Under the pieces are notes generated by a model that was not told the origin of the DNA, did no database searches, and saw nothing but the letters and a program-made list of their open reading frames with translations. The translations under genes were made by a program, and so were the position numbers. Of a stretch of 64,000 nt of DNA, positions 35,926 through 49,913 are shown one piece after another (the first letter of the stretch is position 1; each line of letters begins with the position of its first letter). Origin of the DNA: Felis catus (Eukaryota); NCBI RefSeq assembly GCF_018350175.1, contig NC_058368.1, positions 29,266,001 to 29,330,000 on the forward strand. The letters run 5' to 3'.

Positions 35926-37141
35926 CAGGCACACTTTGATTTACTGTGCTTTGTTTTATTGTACTTCACAGATATTGGGGGGGGTTGTTTTTTGTTTTTG
36001 TTTTTGTTTTTTACAAATTGAAAGTTTGTGGCATTCCTACACTGAGTATCTATTGGCATCATTTTTCCAATAGCATCTGCTCACTTTGTGTTTCTGTGTC
36101 ACATTTTGGTAATTCTTGCAATATTTCTGAATTTTCACTCTTATACTTGTTATGGTGGTCTATAATCTTTGGTGTTACTATAGTAACTGTTCTGGGGTAC
36201 CACAAATCTCACGCATATAAGATGGAAAACTTAACCGATAAATGTTTTGTGTGTTCTGACTGCTCCACCGACCTGCTGTTTCCCTGTCTTCCTCTCCTTG
36301 GGTCTCCCTCTTCCCTGAGATACAACAATATTGAAATTAGGCCATTGAGTAACCCTGCAGTGGCCTCTAAGTGGTCAAAGGAAAGGGAGAGCTGCACTTC
36401 TCTCACTTTAAATCAAAAGCTAGAAATGATTATTACGCTCAGTGAGGAAGGTACGTCAAGAGCCAAAATAGGCCAAAAGCTAGGTCTCTTGCACCAAACA
36501 GCTAAGTTTTTAACACAAAGGAAAAGTTCCTAAAGAAAATTAAAAGTGCTACCCCGTTGAACACACGAATGATAAGAAAGTGAAACAGCCTTATTGCTGT
36601 TTTAGTGGTCCGGATAGAAGATCAAACCAGGCACAACATTCCCTTAAGCCAAAGCCTAATCTAGAGCAAAACCCTAACTCTCTTCAGTTCTAGGAAGGCT
36701 GAGAGAGGTGAGGAAGCTGCAGAAAAGAATGTGAAGCAAGCAGATATTGATTTATGAGGCTGTAGGAAAGAAGCTGTCTCAGGGCACCTGGGTGGCTCAG
36801 TTGGTTAAGCCTTTGACTCTTGATTCCCGCTCAGGTCATGATCTCACAAACCGTGAGCCCAAGCCCTGCGTTGGGCTCCATGCTCACAGCACAGTCTGCT
36901 TTGGATTCTCTCTGTCTTTGTCAAAATAAATAAAAATAAACATTAAAAAAAAAACAAAAACAGAAGCTGTCTCCATAACATAAAAGTGCCAGGTGAAGCA
37001 GTAAGTATTGGTATAGAAGCTGCAGCAAGTTATCCAGATCTAACTAAAATAATTAATGAAGGTGGCTACACTAAACAACAGATTTTCAGTGTAGATGAAA
37101 TAGCCTTCTATTGGAAGAAGGTGCCATCTAGGACTTTCATA
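35926..37141 (+). mobile_element. Tigger1 5' fragment with decayed transposase start, interrupted by a SINE at 36782-36960
   Basis: TA|caggca... terminus and translation ASKWSKERESCTSLTLNQKLEMI..LSEEG..AKIGQKLGLLHQT, matching the pogo/Tigger1 CENP-B-type N-terminus. The SINE TSD is agaagctgtctc. Confidence 0.92.
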
Positions 37142-37829
37142 ACTGCTCTGCTTTTATAAACACACCTTTTCCCTCCTCACTTCCATAACCCTTGCCAACC
37201 CTAGACTGTAATCCATACCTATAATTTTTTTTATTAACAGAATGTTATGTAAATGAAACCATATGGTATGTAACCTTCTGAGACTTTTTTTTTCACCCAG
37301 TATAATTTTCCTGAGATGTATCCAAGTTTTCTGTTTATCAGTAATTCACTTTTTGATGTAGACATTCCAAATGTAGTAACAATCCCCACAAAATCTTCTC
37401 CTCCATAAAAGCAATGAAAACACTAACAAAAACTCTTAAAATAAATTTATTGGAACTATGGAAATTAACTAAAGGCCCGCTACATTCTGAGAAGTGTTTA
37501 TTCAAGAAAAACAGATGAATCTTAATAAGAACAATAAGTCTGGTGGCATTTTAACACACCCTAATCCCATCCCTCTCTCCTCAGCTTTATGGGAGCCTTA
37601 AATTCAACAGTTTCACAACTATAGTACCTGTAAAAAATAGCAATTTAGCAGCCACCGGAGGAGACATAGTGGATTTGGAGATCCCTAAAAGCCCTATCCC
37701 CAAAGATTTGCCTCTCTGATGGCTCACTTAAAAGCTCCATTACCAGGACTCATCTTTATTTGACCTATTTCAGAGTACACTCTGTGAAAAAAGCTTAACA
37801 TACAGGGCTTTTGGGGGAAAAAAATCAGT

Positions 37830-39022
37830 GACACAACAAAACAAAAAAATAGGTAAGTTGGACTTAATCAAAATTAAACTTTTGTTCTTCATATGATACC
37901 ATCAATAAAATTAAAAGATAATGTAAACAGAGAAAATATTGTCAAATTATATATCGAATAAGAGATTTGTGTTTAGAATATATAAAGAACTCATACAATT
38001 CAATCATAAAAATATAAACAACCCAATTGAAAGTGAAGAATGGGTTTGTATGGACATTTCTCCAAGTGGCCAACAAGCACAAGAAAAAAATGTTCAACGT
38101 CAATAGTCATTAAAGGAAATACAAAATCAGAACCATATTGAGATACCCCTTCATACCCTCATGGATTGCTAGAATCAAAAACAAAATGAGGGGTGCCTGG
38201 CTGGCTTAGTCAGTGGATCATGTGACTCTTGATTACAGGGTTGTGGGTTCAAGCCCCTCACCGAGTGTGGAGACTACTTAAAAATAAAATCTTTTTTAAA
38301 AAATGAAATGAAATAAACAAGAACATCAAGAAACTGGAAAATAAAAAGTTCTGGGAAGGATATGGAAAAAATTACATCCCCATAACCTGCTGCTGGGAAC
38401 CTAAATGGTGCAGTTGCCTTGGAAAACCATTTGCAGTTCCTCAAAAAGTTAAACAGAGTTACCATATGACCCAAAACTATCACTTTTAGGCATATACCCA
38501 AGAGAATTGAAAACATATATCTAGAAAAAACTGGTACACAAATGTTGATAGAAGCATTATTCATAACTGACAAAGAGTAGAAAAAACTAAATGCCCATCA
38601 AGTAATAAATGGGTGGAAAAATGCCAATATCAATGCAATGGAATATTATTTGGCCATAAGTAGGACTAGAGTTCTGATACATGTTATGGCTGGATGAACC
38701 TTGAAAACATTTTGTTAAGCAAAAGAAGCCAGACACAGAGGACACATATTGTATGATTCCATTTAAATGAAATATCCAGAACAGCCAAAAACACGGAGAC
38801 AGAAAGTACATTGGTAGTTAACTGGACTGCGGGGCTAAGCATATGGAGTGTCAGGAGGGAACAGACATTCACTGCTAATAGGCATGGAGTTTGGGGAGGG
38901 CACTGAAAATATTTTGAAATTCATGGTGATTGTTACACAACATCTAACTAGATTAGATATCTAGTTTTTACATCATGACTATACTAAAATTGAGTGAATT
39001 GTAAACTGTAAAATGATGAACT
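37830..39022 (+). mobile_element. Old L1 (L1MB-like) ORF2 end/3' UTR, resuming at ~50705-50750; SINE at ~38190-38303
   Basis: L1 3' region motifs. The sequence breaks at aaaatgatgaact and continues as aactttatggtatgtgaatttatatctcaataaagct. Confidence 0.75.
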
Positions 39023-40354
39023 CGGTGGAGACTTCCAAGGCAGACGGTGGAGTGGAGGATCCTAGACTCACCTCGTCCCATGAATACACCTAGATAACAC
39101 CCACATCAGTGTAAATAACCCAGAAAATCCCCAAAGCCTGGCAGAACAGTCTCTCCACAGTTAAATATAAACAAGAGACCACACTAAAGAGAGTAGGAAG
39201 GATAGAGATGTGACCAGAAGCCACAGTCCCTGGGAGGGAGGGATGCCACTGGGCAAAAAGAAGAGAGAGGAGCAGACCCCCATCAGGTACCCCAGGCATG
39301 GGGAACCCACACTAGAAAGACAAATCCCCATAACTTTAACACCTAGAACTTTAAATATCAATCTCAGAGCATGTGCTAGAGGGACGGGGATCTTTGGGTG
39401 ACTTCTCCATAAACATCTGACTGGTGGGCAAGTGCCATTTCCCTCCCCAAAGCCCCAACCTAGATGTACAGACACCTGTGGTAACCAGCACAGTGCCAAC
39501 ACTCTCCACCTAACTTGGTAACAGTGTGCCCTGCTACCACCCATGTTCTGCAGATACATGCCCTCCATCCCAGCCTTGGCAAGAGTTTTCCCAGGTACAA
39601 GGCCTCTCCCTCAAAGGACCAGCACCAACCTTGCTAACTGCATGTCTAGACCCTGTGTTCTTCTACAGACCTCTTTCCTCCAACATGCCCTTGGCAAGAG
39701 TCAATCCAAAGCAGTGCCACAGGCTTGGCACTGTGCAAACAGGAACACCACTCCAAAGTGACTCCTGCCCTAAGGAAAAGGAAAGATAACCACACATATC
39801 AGTCTAACTAATGCCCCACCAGTGGGCTGGGGGCAGACATCTGGTCTAACTGCAGGCCACACCCACCAACAAAAGCTTCTCAGAAGACAATACAGGGGGA
39901 CACCCTGTAGCTCAGAGCTACCGCAGCTCTGGCAAATGTTTTATCTGACTCAACACAAGGCCAAGGCAGCCCCAGACTGGCCCACTAGCAACACAGAGAT
40001 GAAATCTTATCACAAAAGGCAAAGAAAAGCATTGCAGATGACTGGACTGAAGGCAAATGTTGTTCACTCACAACAGTAAGATGTATGCAATACACATTAG
40101 ATAAACCCCTGAAGAATCAGGTTCTGGTGAGCAGGAGACATTGCACTGCAGGGCACTACAGGATCTCTTCTTCCTAAGGCCACTACTTGTAAGAGGGGGA
40201 GATGTAGCTGACTTTCCTAACACATAGATACAGAGAATTTGACAAAATGAGGAGACAGAAAAATGTGTCCCAAATAAAAGAACAGGAGAAACTCACAAGA
40301 GAGCTAATTGAAACAGAGATAAGTAATATGACTAATAGAGAATTTTTTTTCTTG

Positions 40355-40638
40355 ATAGAGTGTTTATTTTTTTTTAATATGAAATTTATTGTCAAATTGG
40401 TTTCCATACAACACCCAGTGATCATCCCAACAGGTGCCGTCCTCAATGCCCATCACCCACTTTCCTCTCCCTCCCACCCCCCATCAACCCTCAGTTTATT
40501 CTCAGTTTTTAAGTGTCTCTTATGGTTTGGCTCCCTCCCTCTCTAACTTTTTTTTTTTTCCCTTTCCCCTCTCCCATGGTCTTCTGTTAAGTTTCTCAGG
40601 ACCCACATAAGAGTGAAAACATACCTGTCTTTCTCTGT
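40355..40638 (-). mobile_element. Young felid L1 3' end inserted antisense in L1 ORF1
   Basis: T tract followed by aatatgaaatttattgtcaaattggtttccatacaacacccagtg, typical of the cat L1 3' terminus. Confidence 0.88.
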
Positions 40639-40998
40639 ATTTAAAGTAATGGTCATAAAGATGCTCACTGGACTGGAGAAGAGAGTGGAGGACATCAGTG
40701 AGACCATCAATAAAGAGATGGTGCAGAACCGGTTTGGGATTCTGTCTCTCCTCTCCGCCCTCCCCAGCTTGCGTGTGTGTTCTCCCTCTCTTTCAAAATA
40801 AATAAACTTAAGAAACAAATTTTTTAAGAGATAGAAAACATAAAAAAGAACCAGAGATGAAGAATTCAATAACTGAAATTTCAAATACACTATGGAAAGC
40901 AATCAAGCTGAAGAAGAGAGAGAAAAAAGAATAATAAAAAATGAAAATATATTGAAGGAACTCAGAGAAACCATCAAGCATAATAAGATTACCATTAT

Positions 40999-41900
40999 GG
41001 GGGCGCCTGGGTGGCTCAGTCAGTTAAGCTTCCAACTTCAGCTCAGGTCATGACCTCACAGTCCACAAGTTCGAGCCCTGCATCAGGCTCTATGCTGACA
41101 GCTCAGAGTCTGGAGTCTGCTTCGGATTCTGTGTCTCCCTCTCTTTCTGCCACTCTCTCATTCACATTCTCTCTCTCTCTCAAAAATAAACATTAAAAAC
41201 ATTTTTTAATAAATAAGATTAACATTTATAGGGATCCCAGAAGAAGAGAGAGAAAAAGGTGTGAAAATGTATTTGAAAAAATGATAGTGGAAAACTTAAC
41301 TGACTCTGGAGAAGGAAACAGACTTCTGGATCCAGAAGTCACACAACCCAACAAAATCAACCCAAGGAGGTCCACACCAAGACACATAGTAATTAAAATG
41401 GCAAAAAGTAGGATAAAGAGAATTTTTAAACTACCAAGACAAAAGAATACATTTACATACAAAAGAAACCCCATAAGGCTAAAGCTGATTTAGGAGCAGA
41501 AACACTGCATGCTAGAAAAGAGTGGCATGAGTCAAAGTGCTGAAAGAAAAGAACCTACAACCAAGACTACTCTATCTAGCAAGGCTAACATTGAGAATAG
41601 AAGGAGAAATGAAAAGTTTCCCAGACAAACAAAAGTTAAAGGAATTCATGACCACTAAACCAGACCTATAAGAATTGTTAAAGGGGGTAAGGGCGACTGG
41701 GTGGCTCAGTCAGTTAAGTGTCCAACTTTGGCTCAGGTCATGAACTCGCTTTTGTGAGTTTATGCCCTGTGTGGGGCTCTGTGCTGACAGCTCAGAACCT
41801 GGAGCCTGCTTTGGATTCTGTGTCTCCCTCTCTCTCTGCTCCTCCCCTCCTCACACTCTGTCTCTCTCCCTCTCAAAAATAAATAAAGATTTTTTTAAAT
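40999..41900 (+). mobile_element. Two Can-SINEs in L1 ORF1 (40999-41210 and 41690-41900)
   Basis: SINE heads and tails with TSDs (e.g. taagaattgttaaagggg). Confidence 0.9.
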
Positions 41901-43816
41901 GTAAAGAATTGTTAAAGGGGACTCTTTGAGTGGACAGGAAAAACCATAAACAGGAGTAAGAAGTAGGTAAGACGTAAGAAGGAGTAAGAAGTAGGAAGCA
42001 CAAAGCAGTAAAAATAAGTATATTGATAAAAATCGAAGGATCCAGAAAACAAAAGGATGTAAACTATGACACCATATACCTAAAATATAGGGGGAAAGGG
42101 ATAAATAAATTATAGTTTTATAATGGGTTCAAACTAAAGCTACTATCAACTTAATATAGACTGATATGTGCATAAGGTATTATATAATAAACATAATAGC
42201 AACTACAAGTTGAAAACCTATAATAAATTTGAAAAATATAAAGAGAATGGAATACAAGTATATGACTAAAGAAAGTCAGCAAACCATGATAGAAAAGAGA
42301 GAAAGAAGAAAGGAACAAAGAACTACAAAAACAAAACATGTAACAAAATGCCAATTAATACATACCTGTAAGTAATTATTTCAAATGTAAATGGTTTAAA
42401 TGCTCTAATCAAAAGACATAGGGTGATTAAAAAAAAAGACATAGGGAAATTGAATAGATGAAAAAGGAAGACTCATATGCTGCCTACAAGAGACTCATTT
42501 CAGAGCTAAGGACACATGCAGGTTGAAAGTGACAGGAAGGAAAAGCATTTATCATGCAAATGGAGTGAAAAGAAAGCTGGGATAGCAATGTTTATATCAA
42601 CAAAATAGACATAAAGACAAAAGCTGTAACAAGAAACAAAGAAGGATACTATATAATCATAAAGAGAACAAAAAGAAGATATAATAATTATAAAGATTTA
42701 TGCATTGAACATGGGAACACCCAAATACTTAAAGCTGCTAATAACAAACATTAAGGAAGTAATCGATAGTAATACCATAATAGTAGGGGACTTTAACACC
42801 CGAATTACATCAATGGATACTTCAGGCAGAAAATAAAAAAGGAAACAGTGACCTTGAATGACACATTAAACCAGATGGATCTAAAAGATATATTCAGAAC
42901 ACTCCATCCTAAAATAGCAGAATACACATCCATTTCAAGTGTACATGGAACATTCTCTAGAATAGATTGCATAGTAGGCCACAACACAAGTCTCAACAAA
43001 TGAAAAAGATCGAAGTCATACCATGCATCTTTTCCAACCACAACACTATGAAATTAGAATCAACCACAAAAAAAAAAAAAAAAAAAATCTGGAAGGAACA
43101 CGAATACATAGAGGTTAAATAACATGCTACTAGATTTTGAATGAGTCAACAAAGAAATCATAGAGAAAATAAAAAAATACATGGAAACAAATGAAAACAC
43201 AATAGTCCAAAATCTTTGAGATATAGGAAAAGCTGTCCTAAGATATAAGTTTATAGAAAAACAGGCCTACCTCAAGAAGCATCTAAATAAACAACTTAAG
43301 CTTACACCCGAAGGAGCTAAACAAAAGAATAAACAAAACCAGTAGAAGAAAGAAAATAATAAAGATTAGAACAGAAATAAATGAAATAGAAACTAAAAAA
43401 TAATAAAACAGATCAATGAAACCAGAAGCTAGTTCATTGAAAAGATCAACAAAATTGATAAATACTTAGACTCATTAAAAACAGAGAGGACTAAAAGAAA
43501 ATCAGAAATGAAAGAGGAGAAATAACAACCGACACTACAGAAATATAAAGGATAATAAGAGATAATTATAAATTTTATGCCAACAAATTGGACAACCTAG
43601 AAGAAATGGATAAGTTCCTAGAAACATATAACCTTCTAAAACTGTATCAGGAAAAACTAGAAAATTTGAACAGACTGATTACCAGCAGTTAATTACCCTG
43701 ATAACAAAACCAGATAAAGACACTGAGAGAGAGAGAGTGTGAGAGAGAGAGAACTACAGGCCAATATCTCTGATGAAGATAGATATAAAAACCTTCATCA
43801 AACTATTAGCAAACTG

Positions 43817-44240
43817 AGGGGTACCTGGGTGGCTCAGTCCGTTAAGCATCTGACTTTGGCTCAGGTCATGATCTCACAGTTCCTGTGTTCCAGCCCCATG
43901 TAAAGCTCTGTGCTGACAGCTGGGAGCCTGGAGCCCACTTTGGATTCTGTGTCTCCCTCTCTCTCTGCCCCTGCATTTGTGCTCTGTCTCTTTCTCTCTC
44001 TCTCTCATAAATAAGTAAATAAGTAAATAAATAAATAAATAAATAAATATATTTTTGAGAGAGAGAGACAGAGCATGAGAGGGGGAGGGGCAGAGAGAGA
44101 GAGGGAGACACAGAATCCAAAGCGGGCTCCGGCTCCAAGTTGTCAGCACAGAACCTGACTTGGGGCTCAAACACACGAACTGTGAGATCATGACCTGAGC
44201 CAAAGTCAGATGTTTAACCGACTGAGCCACCCAGGTGCTC
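43817..44240. mobile_element. Tail-to-tail inverted Can-SINE pair (+ 43817-44048; - 44050-44240)
   Basis: The (TAAA)n tail of the first copy abuts the T tail of the second. Confidence 0.92.
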
Positions 44241-45770
44241 GCAACAGTACATTAAAAAAATCATTCATCACGATCATGTAGGGTTTATTTCTGAAATGCA
44301 AGGGTGGTTCAGTATTCACGAATTCATCAACGTGATATATCACATCAACAAAAGAAAGGATAAAAACTATATGCTCATTTCAGGAGATGTAGAATAGCAT
44401 TTGACAAAGTACAACATCCATTCATGATAAAAACCTTCAACAAAGTAGGTTTATAGGCAACATACTTCAACATAATGAAGACTATATATGCAAAACCCAT
44501 AGTGAATATCATACTCAATGGTGAAAATCTGGAAGCTTTCCCCTATGATTAGAAACACAACAAAGATGCCCACCCTCACAACGTTTATTCAACATTGTAC
44601 TGGAAATCCTAGCCACAGCAAGCAGACAACAAAATGAAATAAAATACATCCAAATTGGTAAGGAAGAAGTAAAACTGTCACTATTTGCGGACGGCATGAT
44701 ACTATATAGAGAAAACCCTAAAGACTCCACCAAAACACTACTAGAACTGATAAATGAATTCAGTGAGGTCTCAGATTACAAAATCAATATACAGAAATCC
44801 ATTGCATTTGTATACAGTAATAATGAAGTAGCAGAAAGAGAAATCAAGAGAATAATTCCATTTATAATTGCACCAAAAATAATAAAATACGTAAGAATAA
44901 ACTTAACCAAGGTGGTGAAAAACCTGTGCTCTGAAAACAAACACTGATGAAGGAAATTGAAGATGACGCAAACAAATGGAAAGATAGTCCATGTTCATGG
45001 ATTAGGAGAAAAAATATTGTTAAAATGTCCATACTACAAAAATCAATCTACATATTTAATGCAATCACTACCAAAATACCAAAATTTTTCACAAAATTAG
45101 AACAAATAATCTGAAATTTTGTATGGAACCAGAAAAGACCCTGAATAGCCAAGGCAATCTAGAAAAAGAAGATCAAAACTGGAAGCATCAAAATCCCATA
45201 TTTCAAGTTATACTGCAAATCTGTAGTAATCAAAGTAATATGGTACTGGCACAAAAATACATAAATCAATGGGACAGAATAGAGAGCCCAGAAATAAACC
45301 CACGCTTTTATGGTCAATTCATCTTTCACTAAGGAGACAAGAATATGCAATGGGAAAAAGTCTCTTCAATAAATCGTGTGGGAAAACAGGATAGCTACAT
45401 GCAAAAGAATGAAATTGGACTATTTTCTTATATCATACACAAAAATAAATTCAAAATAGACTAAAGACCTAAATGTGAGACCTGAAACCATGAAAATCCT
45501 AGAAGAGAGCTCAGGTAGTAATTTCTCTGACTTGAACATAGCAATATTTTTCTAGATATTCTTCCTGAGGTAAAGGAAACAAAAGCAAAAGCAAACTATT
45601 GGGGCTACATCAAAATAAAAAGCTTCACAGTGAAGGAAACAACCAACAAAATTAAAAGACAACCTACTGAATAGGAGAAGATATTTGCAAATGACATATC
45701 TGATATATGGTTAGTATCCAAAAATAAAAAGAACTTATACCATTCAACATCAAAGAAAAATCCAATTAAT

Positions 45771-48700
45771 GGGGAGGAGTTAGTTAAGATGGCAGAGTGG
45801 TAAGAGGACCCTATGCTTGTCTCATTCTGGAATACAGCTAGATATATATCAAATCATTCTGAACACACAAGAAATCAATCTGAGGACTAAGAGAACAAAC
45901 TACATGACTAGAGGGAGAAAATAGGCCACATCATGGGAGGTAGGAGATGTGGAGATGTTATTTGGGGGAGAAAAGAATCTTAAGTGCTGTGGAGGGAAGG
46001 GAGCCCTAATCATGCAAAAAGGGGGAGAGAGCGCACAGCACGCAGGAAATTGCATAAGAAAAACATTTCCCCAAAACAATTGACTGGGAAGCCCAAGAAG
46101 GGCTGATTATCACAAGTTTTTACAAGCAGCAGAGCTCAAAGACTGAAGTTTCAGAAGTCCATGCCATGATGGGGGTGGAGCCTGGCAAGCCTAGCAATGC
46201 TCCTGTGAAGGAGCACATAGGCCTGGGAGTGGACAGTGTGGTCTGAAGATCCTATGGGACACACTGGGAGAGACAGTATCCTTTCTTGGAGTGCATTTGG
46301 GACAGGTGGCCCTGCCTCTCAGGAGACAAAAGAGCCCGTGGGCACTATTGCACAGCTCCATTCATTAGCACGAGCAGAGACACTTGCTGAGGACACTAAC
46401 CGGGAAGCCAACTTTTTGCTGCACTTTATCATAAACTCCAAGCCCCTGTATGTTCATGAGACTGCCCTTCTGGGACAAACTGGCACCAGCCATAGTGTGG
46501 CAAGACCCTCCCCCAGAGGATCAGAGCAGGTCCCACGCCACACCAGGTCCCTTAAATTTGGAGTTTTGAAATCCTGCTGGTGCACCTGAGATAAAAGAGG
46601 AGCACTGCGCCTCCAGGTGGGCAGACAGCTCAGACACAGGATGAACACAGGGATCTGAGAGATGCCTGTGACACATGAGGTGAGATTGTCCACTCTTCTC
46701 TGAGGGCTTCCTGAACAGCAGCGGGCACAAATTCCCCTCTCCAGGGATGAGAGAGAGGGGGCTGATGCATTCCCTCCCTCCCCCCGCCGAGCAACACAGA
46801 AGGACTTCTGTGAGCAGCACAGTGCCCAGAGTGGATGTTTGAGTTGCTTACACCAAGCCCCACCCCTCTGTACTCTGCAGATGGTTTTTTACTAGAGCAA
46901 GTGTGCCTGAGAGCCAGAGCATCAGCCGGCCCCTCCCCCCCCCCCCCCCAAGACCAGCACAAATCCCCCTTAGGCACCAAGTCTACTGACCAAGGAGTGC
47001 TGCAAAGCTTCAGCTCTAGGGGAAATAGGATCTAGCCACTTTTAACAAGCAGACCAAAGCACACCTGGTTAAAACTCGCCACACAATGGACAAAGTCCAA
47101 ACACTCCCCACTACAGGCAAGGAGAAACTCTGCAGAGGATTCACATAAGTAAAAGAGCAGCCAAAACACACCAGCAGAGTGCACACAGCATACACCAGAA
47201 ACACTTCCTGGATTGCCACGCCCTGGACAATATATGACCTCTACTTAATATAGCCATTACTCTCAGGAGCACAAAACATAACAGGCTTTCCTAACACAGA
47301 AGACAGAGAACTAGACAAAATGCCAATATGGAGGAATTCATCCCAAAAGACAGAATAAGAAAAGGTCATGGACAGGAATCTAATCAAAACAGACATAAGT
47401 AATATGACTGAACCAAATTTTAAAAAATCGGAAGGATACTGGCTGGGCTTGAGAAAAGCATAGAAGACACCAGGGAGTCCCTTGCTGCAGAGATAAAAGA
47501 CCTAAAAACTAGTCAGGCCAAAATTAAAAATGCTATAACTGAGATGCAAAACTGACTGGTTGTAAGATCACAAATATGGAAGAAGCAGAGGAATATAAAA
47601 TTATGATATATGATATGAAGTGATATAGAATATAAAATTATGGAAAATAATGCATCAGAAAAGGACAGAAAAATATCGAATCATAAATTTTGACTTAGGA
47701 AAAATCAATGACTCCATAAAGGATAAAGGCATTAGTATCATAGGAGTCCCAGAAGAAGAGATTCTTCTTATATAATTATAGCTGAAAACTTCCCTAATCT
47801 GGGGAAGGAAACAAATATCCAAATCCAGTAGGCACAGAGAACTCCCATCAAAATCAAAAGCCAGCCAACACCAAGACATATCCTAGTGAAAATTGCAAAA
47901 TAGAGAGAAAAGGGGGAAATCTTGAAATCAGCAAGGCGGGAAAAAATCCCTATGCAAGGAGAGACAAGTAAGGTTAGCAGGAGATCTATCCACAGAAACT
48001 TGGCAGTCCAGAAGGGAGTGATGATATATTAAATGTGCTGAATAGGAAAAATATGCCACCAAGAACACTTTATCCAGCAAGCCTGTCATTTGGAATAGAA
48101 GGAGAGATAAAGAGCTTCGTAGACAAACAAAAACTAAAGGAGTTCGTGACCACTTTTTTTTTAATTTTTTTAATGTTTTATTTTAAGGAGTTCGTGACCA
48201 TTAAACCAGCTCTGCAAGAAATATTAAAAGGGAATCTTTGAGTGGGAAGGAAAGATCAAAAACAAAAAGACTAGAAAGGAACAGAGGAAATCTCCAGAAA
48301 CAACTTTATAGGAAATACAATGGCACTAAATTCATATCTACCAATAATCACTCTGAATGTAAATGGACAAAATGCTCCAATCAAAAGATATAGAATATCA
48401 GAATGGATAAAAAAAAAAAAACAAGACCCATCGATAGGCTGCCTATAAGAGACTCATTTTAGACCTAAAGACACCTGCAAATTTAAAGTGAGGGGATGGA
48501 GAACCATCTATCATGCTTAATGGATGTCCAAAGAAAGCCAGAGTAGCTATAGTTATATCAGACAAACTAGATTTTAAACCAAAGGCTGTAACGAGATGAA
48601 GAAGTGCACTATATCATGAGTAAGGGCTCTATCCCATAAAAAGATCTAACAATTGTAAATATTTATGCCCCAAAATTGGAGTTCCAAATATATAAGTCAA

Positions 48701-49613
48701 TTAATAACATACATAAAGAAACTCACTGAGGCATGCCTAGGTGGCTCTCTTGGTTAAGCATCTGACTCTTTATTTTGGCTCAGGTCATGATCTTATGGTT
48801 CATGAGACTGAGCCCAGCATTGGGCAGAGCTTGCTTGGAATTCTCTCTTTCTCCCCTTCTCTCTCTGCCCCTCCCCTGCTCACACATTCTCTCTCTCCTC
48901 TCTCAAAATAAATATAAACATTAAAAAAAAGGAACTCACTGATAATAATACAGTAATAGTAGGGGACTTTAACACTCCATTAGAGCAAAGGACAGATCAT
49001 CTAAGCAGAAAATCAACAAGGAAACAATGGCTTTGAATGACACACTGACCAGATGGATTTAATAGATATATTCAGAACATTTCATCCTAAAGCAAGAATA
49101 CACATTCTTTTCGAGTGCACATGGAACATTTTCCAGAATAGATCACATACTGCATCACAAATCAGGCCTCAACAAATACAGACTGAGATCATACCATGCA
49201 TATTTTCCGACCACAACACTATGAAACTTGAAGTCAACAACAAGAAAAAATGTGGAAAGACCACAAATACATGGAGGCTAAAGAACATCCTACTAAAGAA
49301 TGAATTGGCTAACCAGGAAATAAAAAAGAAATTTAAAAAAAATACATGGAAGCAAATGAAAATGAAAACATGACAATCCAAAACCTTTGGGATGCAGCAA
49401 ATGCGGTCATGAGAAGGAATTATAAAGCAATACAGGCCTACCTCAAGAAGCAAGAAAAGTCCCAAGTGTACAACTTAACCTTCCACCTAAAGGAGCCAGA
49501 AAAGGAATAGCAAATAAAGCCTAAAGCCAGCAGAAGAATAATAATAGGGAAATAATAAAGATTAGAACTGAAATAATAAAGATTAGAACAGAAATAAATA
49601 GAAACATAGAAAC
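45771..49613 (+). mobile_element. Second carnivore L1 (5' UTR, ORF1, endonuclease part of ORF2), 3'-truncated and nested in the first; SINE at 48729-48930
   Basis: Starts ggggaggag...aagatggc with a GC-rich 5' UTR. ORF1 remnant LYPASLSFGIEGEIKSF and EN remnant MDLIDIFRTFHPK are present. It is flanked by an imperfect TSD. Confidence 0.88.
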
Positions 49614-49913
49614 AAGAAAATCTAATTAATAAGTGGGCAGAATACATGAATAGACATGTCTCCAAAGAAGACATACAGATGGCTGACACATGACACATCA
49701 CTCATCATCAGGGAAATTCAAATCAAAACCAAAATGAGATATCACCTCTCATCTGTCAGAATGGCTAAAATCAAAAACACAAGAAATAACAAGTGCTGGT
49801 GAGGACATGGAGAAAAAAGAATGCTCATGCACTGTTGGTGAGCATGCCAACTTGTGCAGCCACTCTGGAAAACAGTATGGAGGTTCCTCAAAAAATTAAA
49901 AATAGAAATACCA

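Noticed and set aside
35946..36533. 195-aa ORF as a domesticated TIGD-like gene
   Set aside because: Only the C-terminal ~55 aa are transposase. The native ATG is lost, the frame ends early, a SINE interrupts the element and the catalytic region is truncated.
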